In this document: piece by piece, positions 50,610-60,650 of the stretch
Layout: every line of letters starts with the position of its first letter
Numbering within the stretch: position 1 is the first letter of the stretch
Source of the DNA: a virus
Taxonomy: Duplodnaviria > Caudoviricetes
Strand: one strand, 5' to 3'
Virus record (IMG/VR): IMGVR_UViG_3300006224_000011
Span: 1 to 62,310 of that record
DNA length: 62,310 nucleotides
The notes under the pieces: model-generated
The model's database searches: none
Told to the model about the DNA's origin: nothing
What the model saw: only the letters and a program-made list of their open reading frames with translations
Program-made: the position numbers and the translations under genes

Positions 50610-52525
50610 AATATCAATTTGAAAGAACAATATTTGACTACTTCAATTATTTTAATAGGATGCAAGATATTAAACCATTAATTCTAGGAGGTTTACCTGG
50701 AGCTAGTGGGGGTTCTGGTGGACATCCTGGAGGTTTTCTAGGATTTTTACCTCAGGATAGAGTAGCGTATGATACTACAGAGGCGTCTCTTAGTGGTTTT
50801 GTATCTGCTAGTGCATATAATCCTAGCGGTATTTTAATTAATGCATCTTTAGTTGATAACCTTAATCATATTAGATATAGATTAGGAGTAGTAGAAAATT
50901 TAGGCTTCTCTGCTGGTACTATATCTGTAGAAGAGAGTCAGGTATTAGTAGCATCTGGTGTAACAATTCTCAACTTTACTGGTTCGGTAGATGCATCATC
51001 TACAGGCCCAGGAGAGGTTACTATTACAGTAAGTGGATCGTCTACAGATGAGAAAACCAAAGTATCTTCTGACGATACTACTTCAAACTATTTAGAGAAT
51101 AAAATAACTGCTGGTAGTAATGTATCAGTAACTGTACTAAATCCTGGTGGAAACGAACAAGTACAAATTAGTGCTACAGGTAGTGGATTAAGTGATGAGC
51201 AAGTTAAAATATCGTCAAATGATACAACAACTAATTATTTAGAAAGTAAATTAGCGGCTGGTACAAATATTTCTCTAGCTGTACTCAATGAAGGTGGGAA
51301 CGAACAAATCCAGATTACTGCTAGTGGTGGAGTAGCATCTGATGAAAAAGCTAAAGTATCTGCTAATGACACTACTGCTAATTATTTAGAGAGTAAAATT
51401 ATAGCTGGAGATAACGTTACTGTAACAGTTTTAAATGATGGTAGCAACGAACAACTAGAGATAAATGCTACAGCAAGCGGTACTGGAACTCCTATAAACG
51501 CATCTGATGAAGGAATAGTAGTAGCTAGTGGTATTACATCTTTAAACTTTGTAGGGCCGACTGTGAGGGCTACAGCGGTAGGTACAGACGTTACTGTGAC
51601 AATCTCTGGATTATCTGCACCATTTGTGGGCGCTAAAGGGTATTTAACTTCAAATGTTCAGTTATCTACATCTACTGGTTGGCAAACATATTCTTGGAAC
51701 ACTGTTGAGTATGAATCTCCAGACACCACTTGGGATGGTGGTTCTCCATCGAGACTTTATTCTAGAGAAACTGCATATTATGTTGTAACTGGACAGGCAA
51801 CTTTTAGTGGTGCATTACCGACTACTGAAAGATTCCAGCTAGGTGTTTTCAGAAATGAATCGTTAGTAGCCAATATTTGGGAAGGGTACTATGTAAATAC
51901 TTCTGGCTATAGGACTTTACAAGCCGTGTATCACGGTCTTGTGAATAATGGAGAGTATTTATCTCTCAGAATAGTAAATGGTGCTGGTACTCAACCTTAT
52001 ACTATTAGTGGGGTAAATAATACCTTTTTGGCTATGCACAAAATTCAGGGTCAAGTTTCTGGACAAACTGCCAATCCTTTAGCCGTGTCTGCGTGTATGG
52101 CTAGTGGATATACTACGGCTAATAACGAGACGGAAACACCAGTTGTAATGACTTCGGAAATTTATGATACAGGTAGTTTCTGGAGTTCTGGTTCTCAATA
52201 CACAATACCAGAAACTGGTTATTATCATATTGTCGGGTATGCTACTTGGGAGAGTGTATATTATCATGGAGTTACACCGTTCCAAATAAAAACTGGTATA
52301 CGAAAGAATGGTTCTGTAATATTAGCACAGAAATGGGATTGGAATGATGTCAATACCGGAGGTGCCAGAGCAGAAGGTTTAACTACTAATATAACTTGTG
52401 ACTCCTATTTACAAAGTGGGGATTACATAGAATTAGTGGTATGGCATTCTAAGGGTTCTACTGCAAGTAACATCATCAGACCAAATGATTATAATACAGC
52501 GATGATGTTACACAAAATTCAATAA
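50606..52525 (+). CDS. Tail fibre with three ~49-aa repeats and two C1q/TNF-like domains
   Basis: DExxKVSxxDTTxNYLExKIxAGxNVxxxVLNxGxNEQ three times; YTIPETGYYHI...YLQSGDYIELVVWH. Confidence 0.7.
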   Translation: MKYQFERTIFDYFNYFNRMQDIKPLILGGLPGASGGSGGHPGGFLGFLPQDRVAYDTTEASLSGFVSASAYNPSGILINASLVDNLNHIRYRLGVVENLGFSAGTISVEESQVLVASGVTILNFTGSVDASSTGPGEVTITVSGSSTDEKTKVSSDDTTSNYLENKITAGSNVSVTVLNPGGNEQVQISATGSGLSDEQVKISSNDTTTNYLESKLAAGTNISLAVLNEGGNEQIQITASGGVASDEKAKVSANDTTANYLESKIIAGDNVTVTVLNDGSNEQLEINATASGTGTPINASDEGIVVASGITSLNFVGPTVRATAVGTDVTVTISGLSAPFVGAKGYLTSNVQLSTSTGWQTYSWNTVEYESPDTTWDGGSPSRLYSRETAYYVVTGQATFSGALPTTERFQLGVFRNESLVANIWEGYYVNTSGYRTLQAVYHGLVNNGEYLSLRIVNGAGTQPYTISGVNNTFLAMHKIQGQVSGQTANPLAVSACMASGYTTANNETETPVVMTSEIYDTGSFWSSGSQYTIPETGYYHIVGYATWESVYYHGVTPFQIKTGIRKNGSVILAQKWDWNDVNTGGARAEGLTTNITCDSYLQSGDYIELVVWHSKGSTASNIIRPNDYNTAMMLHKIQ

Positions 52526-52590
52526 AAAATATCAAAAATTATACAAAAATAGTATAATAAGTATGATAGAGTTTTATTAAAGGTGGAATT

Positions 52591-52926
52591 ATGGAAATAT
52601 TTCAACTCATTTCCACAATATTAATAATTATCAATATTGTGTTATGCATAGACCTATACAAGAATATAGCACATAAGAGACTATATTTAGTTCCCCTATT
52701 TGTCTATTTAATTCACACATTTGTTTTTTATATAGTAGTAGGTATATTTAAGGCATTAGGAATATATCCGGAAAATATTCCAAATTTTACTATTTGGTCA
52801 TCTATTATTAGACTACAGGCTATTATAACTATATTCTTCTTTTTTCTTATAATTGGAAAATATGACAGGAAGATAATCCAGGTTGTAAATAAAATAAGGG
52901 GTAAATTGTTATGGAAGAGTGGATAA
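52591..52926 (+). CDS. Membrane protein with 3 TM segments, holin candidate
   Basis: Three hydrophobic segments, basic C-tail, upstream of the endolysin. Confidence 0.45.
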   Translation: MEIFQLISTILIIINIVLCIDLYKNIAHKRLYLVPLFVYLIHTFVFYIVVGIFKALGIYPENIPNFTIWSSIIRLQAIITIFFFFLIIGKYDRKIIQVVNKIRGKLLWKSG

Positions 52927-53318
52927 TACCCGTTGCATCAATCATAGTAGCCATAATCGCATCTCTCCCAGGTCTTTTAGCTTTATTTAAACAGAGGAAA
53001 AAAGAAGAAGCCGAGATAAAAAAAACAGATGCAGAAATAGCAAATATGGTGCAGGAAATCTACCAGGATATGGTAGAAGATGTTAGAAAAAAATCGGATT
53101 CATGTAAAGAAGAAATTAATAAGTTATCTGGGGATTTAGCAGTAGTTATAAACCAAAATAAAGAATTAAAGATAGCGTATGATAACTTAGCTAAAATCAA
53201 TGAAAATCTAGTAGTAAAACTAGAAAAATTAACCGCTGGAATTAAATTATTAATTGCACAAATAAAAAGAGAGGGGCTAACGCCCGACTTTGAAGTAGAG
53301 GAAGACGATGCTACCTAA
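52911..53318 (+). CDS. N-terminal TM plus coiled-coil protein (lysis module)
   Basis: Hydrophobic N-terminus followed by a heptad pattern. Confidence 0.45.
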   Translation: MEEWIIPVASIIVAIIASLPGLLALFKQRKKEEAEIKKTDAEIANMVQEIYQDMVEDVRKKSDSCKEEINKLSGDLAVVINQNKELKIAYDNLAKINENLVVKLEKLTAGIKLLIAQIKREGLTPDFEVEEDDAT

Positions 53319-53841
53319 GAAGGACTTTGGAGAAGACATGGCAGACAGAGTAACCAGAGGTTATGTGGATACTGAAAATATTACTTTAAAAGAGTATATA
53401 ACTCAGCATTTAAAAGACCAAAAAGAATATTTCTTAGCTAGACTATTTGCAATTGAAGAAGCAATAGATATGGCTAGACAAGAGGCCCTTCTACGTTTAG
53501 AGGCGGCTAAAGATGCAAATGAAAGACGTTTAGAAGTTTTAAATGAGTTTAGAAAAACGGTAGAGGATTGGACTAAAAACGCCGCTTCTAGAGAATCTGT
53601 AGAATCTTTAAGAAAGGAGATGCTCTCAGAAGTAGAAAAAACACTATCTCAAATTAAATCCCTAGATGATTCTACCAGAAAAGAACTTGATAATTTAAAA
53701 CTAAGTATTGTAGATTTAAAAGAAACCCGTGCAGAATTAAGAGGAAAGGCGTCACAATCTCAAACAAATATGAATACATTGTTTACTGGAATTGCTACCC
53801 TTATAGCTATTATAAGTATAATTCTGCAATTAACTAGATAA
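53308..53841 (+). CDS. Coiled-coil protein with a C-terminal TM anchor
   Basis: Heptads ending LFTGIATLIAIISIILQL. Confidence 0.45.
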   Translation: MLPKKDFGEDMADRVTRGYVDTENITLKEYITQHLKDQKEYFLARLFAIEEAIDMARQEALLRLEAAKDANERRLEVLNEFRKTVEDWTKNAASRESVESLRKEMLSEVEKTLSQIKSLDDSTRKELDNLKLSIVDLKETRAELRGKASQSQTNMNTLFTGIATLIAIISIILQLTR

Positions 53842-54153
53842 GGAGGACTAATATGCCGAAGGCAATTGAGGATTGCGTAAAGAAAATTAGCGGTACAAAT
53901 AAAAGAACTGGAAAACCCTATACCCAGAGTGAAAAGTGGGCTATTTGTACTGCACAACATAAAAAGTCAGATGCAGAACTTAATTTAGATGATATTGCTA
54001 ATTTAGTTTCTAATGCTACTTTCAACTATGCTAGTAAATTATACTCACAGAAAAGAGTACCTTCACTAGTTGAAGGATATGAATTAGCGCAGGTAGCTCT
54101 GGCTAAATTAAATTATGATTATGAAAAACTAGAGATGATCATAGGGAGATAAC

Positions 54154-55125
54154 ATGCCAGCTAGAATATATTTCCCTATGGAACAAGACCCGCCTTTGGT
54201 CTCTGCGGATGTTTCAGTATACCAAGCTATGATATTACCAGATGGTACTATTGTATCACATTTTGACTTTGAACAGTATTCTAAGAAATCTAGAACCATC
54301 AGACTTAGAGGGGGTGTAGCTACTGCTGGTATTGACTTTGAGTATGAATATAACCTAACTACATGCGAAAGTAAGTGTATTTATGTAGACAACGTATATC
54401 ATTATACAAAGTTATGGAAGGATTTAGACAGTCAAGCACAAATTATAAAAGATACGTTTGATATAGCTAAAGGACTAGCCCCTACTAAATATCTAAACAG
54501 ATTAGCTTTAGATATCGAAACAAACGATGATCTAAATAAAAATACCTTTACTGGAAATGCAGAAAAGCTAGTTAATAAGGTATATGGACTTACTAATGTT
54601 ATCCCCGATATCTATACAAGAGCATACTTCTGGAATCAGAGTACATACCCCGCTACGTGGATGAAAAATTGTGGACTATGGGTAGCACATCATTTTCCAG
54701 GTATAAACTTCTACTCTGTACCGATAGTAAGACCGTATTTACCTGATGCTTGGGCTGATATCAATAATCCAATTATATGTTTTGAGTGGCAAGCTGACCA
54801 TTATGATAACGGGGCTGATTGGGGGTCTACTGGAGACAATGAAATTGACCTTAACTACTTTACCTACAATGGTGGTACTAAAGCCGCTTGGGAAGATTTC
54901 TATGGCGTACCGTATCTGGAACCTACAGAACCCACTCCTTCTACAGATGATTGGAGAGAAATGATAATTGATCGCCAGAATATGAGAAATGCACCAACTT
55001 GGGCTGATACTGCTAAAGTTGGACAGGGTAAAAAAGGAAAGAGAGTCAAAGTAATAGGAGATAAGGTTAGTGATTTTGTTCCAGCAGAGATTTGGCTCTA
55101 CGAAGACTACCTGAAAGAAGTATAG
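54154..55125 (+). CDS. Endolysin, GH25 muramidase with SH3-like C-terminus
   Basis: DVSVYQ, YHY, ALDIE, IYT...W, LWVAH, WQ and IDLN; Pro/Thr linker, then NMRNAP. Confidence 0.8.
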   Translation: MPARIYFPMEQDPPLVSADVSVYQAMILPDGTIVSHFDFEQYSKKSRTIRLRGGVATAGIDFEYEYNLTTCESKCIYVDNVYHYTKLWKDLDSQAQIIKDTFDIAKGLAPTKYLNRLALDIETNDDLNKNTFTGNAEKLVNKVYGLTNVIPDIYTRAYFWNQSTYPATWMKNCGLWVAHHFPGINFYSVPIVRPYLPDAWADINNPIICFEWQADHYDNGADWGSTGDNEIDLNYFTYNGGTKAAWEDFYGVPYLEPTEPTPSTDDWREMIIDRQNMRNAPTWADTAKVGQGKKGKRVKVIGDKVSDFVPAEIWLYEDYLKEV

Positions 55126-55132
55126 GTGCATT

Positions 55133-55474
55133 ATGACAAAAACGGGGCAAAATTTTAGCATTTATCAGGGTGATAGTAAAGAAGTTTATGTCACCGTTTT
55201 AGATGAAAACGAAAATAATTTAGATATTACTAGTTGTACAATAAATTGGGTAATGTATAAACGCTATCCAGAGAATGTTGTATTAACTAAAACTACAGCA
55301 TCTGGGATTGCTATTACAGTCCCATCTAGTGGTATTTTTAGAATGGACTTCTCACCTTCGGATACAGAATCCTTATTAGGAGACTATAACCATGAAGGTG
55401 AAATCACAGATACAAACTTAAACATTTCTACAATATTTGTAGGAACAGTTAATGTATATAAAAGCAAAGCATAA
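55133..55474 (+). CDS. BppU-like Ig-fold adaptor protein
   Basis: IYQGDS, LDIT, G.F.....DT..L.G.Y..E...F.G.V.V pattern. Confidence 0.55.
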   Translation: MTKTGQNFSIYQGDSKEVYVTVLDENENNLDITSCTINWVMYKRYPENVVLTKTTASGIAITVPSSGIFRMDFSPSDTESLLGDYNHEGEITDTNLNISTIFVGTVNVYKSKA

Positions 55475-55487
55475 TTAGGAGAAAACT

Positions 55488-56090
55488 ATGGCAACAATTA
55501 CTTTTGAAGGCTATATGGGCGCAGGCCCAGCTTGGGCTGATTTAGGTGCAAATACTTTAGTATTCAGTTCATCCCTGACTGATTTGGCTACATCAATTAC
55601 TGTAAGTTCGTACCAGGATGGTACACACGCTGGTAACGGCGACCCTGGTACAGATCAGTGTGGTGCTAACCACATGAACAATGTTAAGTATCTGACCAGC
55701 GGCACAATGAGTGTCAATGGTGGTGGCTCAGAATCCATTGATGACACTAACTTAACAGCTAATGAGTGTACTCTAAGATTACACTTTAATCATACAGTAT
55801 CTGTAGCAGTGACCAACGCTAGAGCATACATTTATAAAACAAGTGTTGGTGTCACTACCAAAGCAGATAACTTAACCGTCTATGCATTTGAACGTGGAGA
55901 AACCGCTACAGCGTGGACGCTGATTAACGATACTGGTACTACGGGTGGAGACAATACTGGAGAAAGGCTGGACTTAGCCAACTCCGCATCTGCCGCAGAC
56001 CATTACTGGTATATTGCTTTATCTATCAGCCCTGCAACAGTAGGTCCTCATACTGATGTAGACTTGGGTATGGCTCTAACATATAGCTAA
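55488..56090 (+). CDS. Putative virion structural protein
   Basis: Thr/Gly/Ser-rich beta protein ending HYWYIALSISP...G....L.Y. Confidence 0.45.
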   Translation: MATITFEGYMGAGPAWADLGANTLVFSSSLTDLATSITVSSYQDGTHAGNGDPGTDQCGANHMNNVKYLTSGTMSVNGGGSESIDDTNLTANECTLRLHFNHTVSVAVTNARAYIYKTSVGVTTKADNLTVYAFERGETATAWTLINDTGTTGGDNTGERLDLANSASAADHYWYIALSISPATVGPHTDVDLGMALTYS

Positions 56091-56120
56091 AAAAATTTAA
56101 AATAAAGGAGGTCTAGGCTT

Positions 56121-56504
56121 ATGGCTACTGACCAAGAAATCCCGTTTAGAGGGTGGATAGCCTCTCTTTCTAACGGCGAGACTGTTTTTGAAACTGAAGA
56201 ATCAATCGAAGGTATGTCTGCATGGCAGTACCTTCGTAAAAGATGTGCCGATGAAGGACTCTATGTTACGCAGATTCGTCTGCAACTTGGAGGTCTAACT
56301 TTCATCGGCATTTCCGATTCCGATGGCTACTGTCAATTTTGGGATTATACCAGAGATTTATTCAGTAAAAAAGAGACTCGCTCTAGAGGGATAGGCTCTG
56401 TAGTAGGAGATAAAATATTCTGTACTACAGTAGATAATTATGGAAACATAAAACAAAGTATAAGAGACTATAAAGATATGGATGTACATTGTATTATAAA
56501 GTAA
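56121..56504 (+). CDS. Hypothetical protein
   Basis: ORF with AAGGAGG Shine-Dalgarno. Confidence 0.5.
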   Translation: MATDQEIPFRGWIASLSNGETVFETEESIEGMSAWQYLRKRCADEGLYVTQIRLQLGGLTFIGISDSDGYCQFWDYTRDLFSKKETRSRGIGSVVGDKIFCTTVDNYGNIKQSIRDYKDMDVHCIIK

Positions 56505-56672
56505 TGTACCGGAGGGTACTAAAAATGATTAAAATAATTTTAGCTACTTTAGCTATTATAGCATTCTGTTTAGATGCATTTCATGTAACAAATCCTAATG
56601 TTAATTGGACACCACTGGGATTTGCATTGGTAACAGCGGCAGTTTTTTTGCCGCTGTAGGAAAAAACATAAT

Positions 56673-57041
56673 ATGGCAGACCTAATTGATAGATTAACTC
56701 ATGAAAGTATAGAGATGGTACCATCCCGTCCTGGGATAAATGTTCATGCATTTACTGGTGGGCTTGCTCTTTACGTGGCAGGAGCATGGACAGCGGCAGA
56801 GTTTGTCCAGGCTTGGGATTTGCAGGGTGCAGAACTGACACAGGCGAATGCTGTTCGAGCGGTTATGGACAGCAAGGCGAATGCCACCCTAAAGATGATT
56901 TATTTATGGAAGGTAACAGCGGCTTGTCTGGTTTTATCAAGTCCGCCGGATATGGATGCACCTAACCCATCCCCATACTTTGATGCATCTGGAAACGTAA
57001 ATAAAGCTAGAATTGCCTCTGACCTGGAGATAACACTCTAA
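56673..57041 (+). CDS. Hypothetical protein coupled to the fibre gene
   Basis: TAATG overlap with the next gene; GC-richer codons. Confidence 0.5.
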   Translation: MADLIDRLTHESIEMVPSRPGINVHAFTGGLALYVAGAWTAAEFVQAWDLQGAELTQANAVRAVMDSKANATLKMIYLWKVTAACLVLSSPPDMDAPNPSPYFDASGNVNKARIASDLEITL

Positions 57042-60000
57042 TGCCTATTCGTTCTACTAGAGTAGCCGCAATAACTACTGGGACTACCCAGGATATCACG
57101 ATATCCGGCATTGGCACGCCCAAAGCCGTGATGCTTGTTGCTACTCTTGCGGTTACAGATAATACCGCCATAGACGGTGCTATGCTGTCGGTAGGTTTTT
57201 GGGATGGCACTAGGGCGTGTGTATTTGGGCTTTCATCCGAACATGGGGCATCATCTTCGGACGTTTATGTCTTCGGCGCAAGTTCTCAGCTTGTCAGGAT
57301 AACAAATCCGGCAGATGGGACAACGGATGGGTCAGTAAACTCCGCATCTTGGATAACAGATGGTATCCGTCTAACCTGGAATGATCTCCCGTCAACAGCA
57401 GTTCTTCTCACGGTTACGTTTTGGTATGGCGACGATATTGCGAATGCTTATGTAAATTCTGGATTGTCCTCCAACAGTGTAGGAGGAACAGTTACATTTA
57501 CTCCAAACTTTCAGGTTGCTAATGGTATATTCGCAACTGTAAAAGTACAGAGTCATTCAATTGGTTTCTTAGATTACGATGGCTCAACTATTGTTCAACG
57601 TGGTGTATACCATGCTGATAGGGACAACCAGCCTACAATGGCACTCACGCATAGAGTGTCTGAGTCTTACATTCTTAGCAAGTCAAATGCCTCTGGGGGA
57701 ATACTGTGGGATGGAGAGATAACTAGCGTAACAAGCACTGATTTTGTTCTTACTACCAGGACTGGTGCAGATTCAGCCACTGTAGGATTTCTTGTCTGGA
57801 ACTACTCTGGTGCTGTCCCTCACGAGGTTTACACCTTCGATACACCGACAGCAACAGGCAACAATACCGACGCTAACCCTAATTTCCAACCGATTGCTCA
57901 ATTCTACGGAATGTCTCTTGTTGAATCTGTGTCCAGCACTCCAGATTCTAGTTCTCTGGCTGGTAGCTATGGTATATCAGTTATTACTGCCAATGAGCAA
58001 TACTCCAACACAATCACCGAAGAAGATAATGCCGCAGATTCCAATACTCAGTCTCTTGTAGACGACCAAGCTGTAAACTTCCCACTTCACGACGGCTCTG
58101 CTGGACTGGCGGCAACCTATGTGTCGATGCAATCCACAGGTACCCAGCTAAACTGGTCTGACATTGAGACAAATGCCAAGAAATGGATCGGCTTAGCAAT
58201 AGGCTCTGCACCAACTGGTACGGATATAACAGACACACAGCCAGTCTATTTAAAGGGACAGAGTACCAGTTCTGATACACAGCCAATTTACTTAAAAGGT
58301 CAAAGTACAGCATCTGATACCCAGACCATTTATTTACATGGTGTAATTATCAGTGTAGATACTCAACCTATCTACTTGGTAGGACAGAGTACACTTTTAG
58401 ATAACCAACCTGTTTACTTATCAGGTAAAGATACCTTAGCAGATACACAACCGATTTATCTGTTTGCTACAGCGGGTGCAACAGATACCCAGCCTATCTA
58501 TTTAGTAGGACAAGATTCCAGTACTGACACACAACCAATTTATTTAGTTGGTCAAGCCAGTATTACAGATACACAACCAATTTTCTTACAAGGGTATGCT
58601 ACTGCTTTAGATACACAGATAATTTACCTTAGTGGTAAAGATACATTAGCGGACACACAGACAATCTACCTTTTAGGTAGTATTGATGTAATTGACACCC
58701 AACCAATTTATTTAAATGCTGTATCTGCTGGTGGAGAGATTAGTGATACTCAACCCATTTACCTAAAAGGTAAAGCAGATTTAGCAGATACACAACCTGT
58801 CTATACAAAAGGACAGGACTCAATTACGGATACACAAGTAATATATCTATCCGGTAGAGATACTGTAACTGATTCTCAACCAGTCTATTTAAGAGCAGTT
58901 ACGTGGCCTTTCTATGAACCATTTACAGGAAATAATGGTGACCCCTGGAGTAACTTAAGATGGTATGATGAAGTATCAACAAACTCTACTATAGATATTC
59001 AGGGTAATGAAGGTAGAATATTAAATAATGATGATACCGCAATATCTCATATTAGAGCGGGGGTTGATCTTCAAAAAGATTACTATATAGAATTTACTAC
59101 CAGAATGGAGTACTTAGCTACTACTGGTACTCCCTGGATATTTGGTATAGTTAAGGTTTTAGGAGAATTTACTGATAACTTACCTTATACTGGTGTGGGA
59201 ATTGGTATTTATTATGATATAGAGCTTGGCGAAGTTCGTTATGCTAGAATGCAACGCCAGAATGGTTCACACATAGGTTCATCTAATGTACTATTAGAGG
59301 GGGTAGGCTTTACTGATGAGATAACTGTTAAAGCATGGACTTATGGTGATTATTCATATGCAATAATAGAATCTGGTACAAGTTCATGGTATTTTAAACA
59401 GTCACTTGCAGGTACATTAGATGCAGTAGTTGGCGGCGTAGCAATCACCACTTTTCCAGATTTTATAGATAACAGTGTAACACACTTTATAGATAATGTT
59501 TATATACTGTATTCTTTAGCACCTGCTACATTACCAGTTTATCTAAAAGGTAGAGCAGATCAAGCAGATACACAACCCATCTACTTAAAGGGTGTATCTA
59601 CTATAACGGATACACAAACTATTTATCTGAGTGCACAAGATACCCTAGTAGATACTCAAACAATATATCTAAAAGGACAGGCTACACTAACAGATTCCCA
59701 GCCTGTTTATCTGGTAGGTGGTACTGCTGTAACAGACAGCCAACCAATTTACCTGAATGCATCCGGTAATGCAATTACGGATACACAGGCAGTTTACTTA
59801 AAAGGTACTGCTGATATAGCGGATGCACAAGCTATCTACTTATTAGCAAGTATTACAGTAACAGATAATCAACCAATCTACTTAAAAGGTGTAAGTACTC
59901 TAACAGATAATCAAAGTATCTATTTGTTAGGTAGTATAAATGTAATAGATTCCCAACCAATTTACCTATTTGCATCTGGTAATGCAGTAGCGGATACACA

Positions 60001-60625
60001 AAGTATTTACTTAAAAGGTGTAGATACAATACTGGATACACAGAGTATCTATACAAAAGGTAGTGATAACGCAGTAGACAGTGAGAGTATATACCTTAGT
60101 GGTGTAGCTGGAATACTAAATAACCAACCTATCTACTTAAAAGGACAGAGTAGTCTTACTAATACCCAAAGTATATACTTAATAGGTAAAATAGATGTAA
60201 CTGATAATCAACCTATTTATCTACATTCTGAAGCTACTTTAACAGATAACATACCCATTTTCTTATCATCTTACTCCATTTTATCTGATTCTCAAAGTAT
60301 CTACCTAAGTGCTACAAGTGGAATAACAGACACTTTACCTCTATTCTTACAAGGTAGAGATGTAATATTAGATAACCAACCCATTTATGTAAGAGGTGCA
60401 TTAACATTATCTGATACATTACCTATATACTTAACTGCATTATACGCATCAACGGGTACACAGAATATTTATCTAAGAGGTTGGAGTGGACTAACTATCC
60501 TGATAAAGAAAGACTATCTAACAGGACAAAGAAATCTAATAAACTATCTAATAGGACAAAGAGAACTAATAGAAGAAGTAGAAGGATTACGTGAATTAAT
60601 GGACACGCTAATAGGTGAAGTATAA
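57041..60625 (+). CDS. Long fibre-like protein with about 39 14-aa repeats
   Basis: D(T/N/S)QPIYLxGxxxxx repeats in two blocks (16 and about 23, counted by eye) flanking a ~210 aa globular insert. Confidence 0.7.
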   Translation: MPIRSTRVAAITTGTTQDITISGIGTPKAVMLVATLAVTDNTAIDGAMLSVGFWDGTRACVFGLSSEHGASSSDVYVFGASSQLVRITNPADGTTDGSVNSASWITDGIRLTWNDLPSTAVLLTVTFWYGDDIANAYVNSGLSSNSVGGTVTFTPNFQVANGIFATVKVQSHSIGFLDYDGSTIVQRGVYHADRDNQPTMALTHRVSESYILSKSNASGGILWDGEITSVTSTDFVLTTRTGADSATVGFLVWNYSGAVPHEVYTFDTPTATGNNTDANPNFQPIAQFYGMSLVESVSSTPDSSSLAGSYGISVITANEQYSNTITEEDNAADSNTQSLVDDQAVNFPLHDGSAGLAATYVSMQSTGTQLNWSDIETNAKKWIGLAIGSAPTGTDITDTQPVYLKGQSTSSDTQPIYLKGQSTASDTQTIYLHGVIISVDTQPIYLVGQSTLLDNQPVYLSGKDTLADTQPIYLFATAGATDTQPIYLVGQDSSTDTQPIYLVGQASITDTQPIFLQGYATALDTQIIYLSGKDTLADTQTIYLLGSIDVIDTQPIYLNAVSAGGEISDTQPIYLKGKADLADTQPVYTKGQDSITDTQVIYLSGRDTVTDSQPVYLRAVTWPFYEPFTGNNGDPWSNLRWYDEVSTNSTIDIQGNEGRILNNDDTAISHIRAGVDLQKDYYIEFTTRMEYLATTGTPWIFGIVKVLGEFTDNLPYTGVGIGIYYDIELGEVRYARMQRQNGSHIGSSNVLLEGVGFTDEITVKAWTYGDYSYAIIESGTSSWYFKQSLAGTLDAVVGGVAITTFPDFIDNSVTHFIDNVYILYSLAPATLPVYLKGRADQADTQPIYLKGVSTITDTQTIYLSAQDTLVDTQTIYLKGQATLTDSQPVYLVGGTAVTDSQPIYLNASGNAITDTQAVYLKGTADIADAQAIYLLASITVTDNQPIYLKGVSTLTDNQSIYLLGSINVIDSQPIYLFASGNAVADTQSIYLKGVDTILDTQSIYTKGSDNAVDSESIYLSGVAGILNNQPIYLKGQSSLTNTQSIYLIGKIDVTDNQPIYLHSEATLTDNIPIFLSSYSILSDSQSIYLSATSGITDTLPLFLQGRDVILDNQPIYVRGALTLSDTLPIYLTALYASTGTQNIYLRGWSGLTILIKKDYLTGQRNLINYLIGQRELIEEVEGLRELMDTLIGEV

Positions 60626-60650
60626 CCCCCAGAAATGGGGGTTTTTTTTT
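60624..60650 (+). terminator. Rho-independent terminator of the late arm
   Basis: AACCCCCA-GAAA-TGGGGGTT running into a 9-T tract. Confidence 0.9.

Noticed and set aside
2962-60056. Short opposite-strand or out-of-frame ORFs (e.g. 3638-4033 +, 30193-30507 -, 32569-32937 -, 54739-55161 -, 57792-58061 +)
   Set aside because: They are shadows of well-supported genes, with no motifs or ribosome-binding sites noticed.
58232-60480. Diversity-generating retroelement template/variable repeats
   Set aside because: The repeats are protein-level with synonymous divergence, not adenine-specific, and no reverse transcriptase is present.
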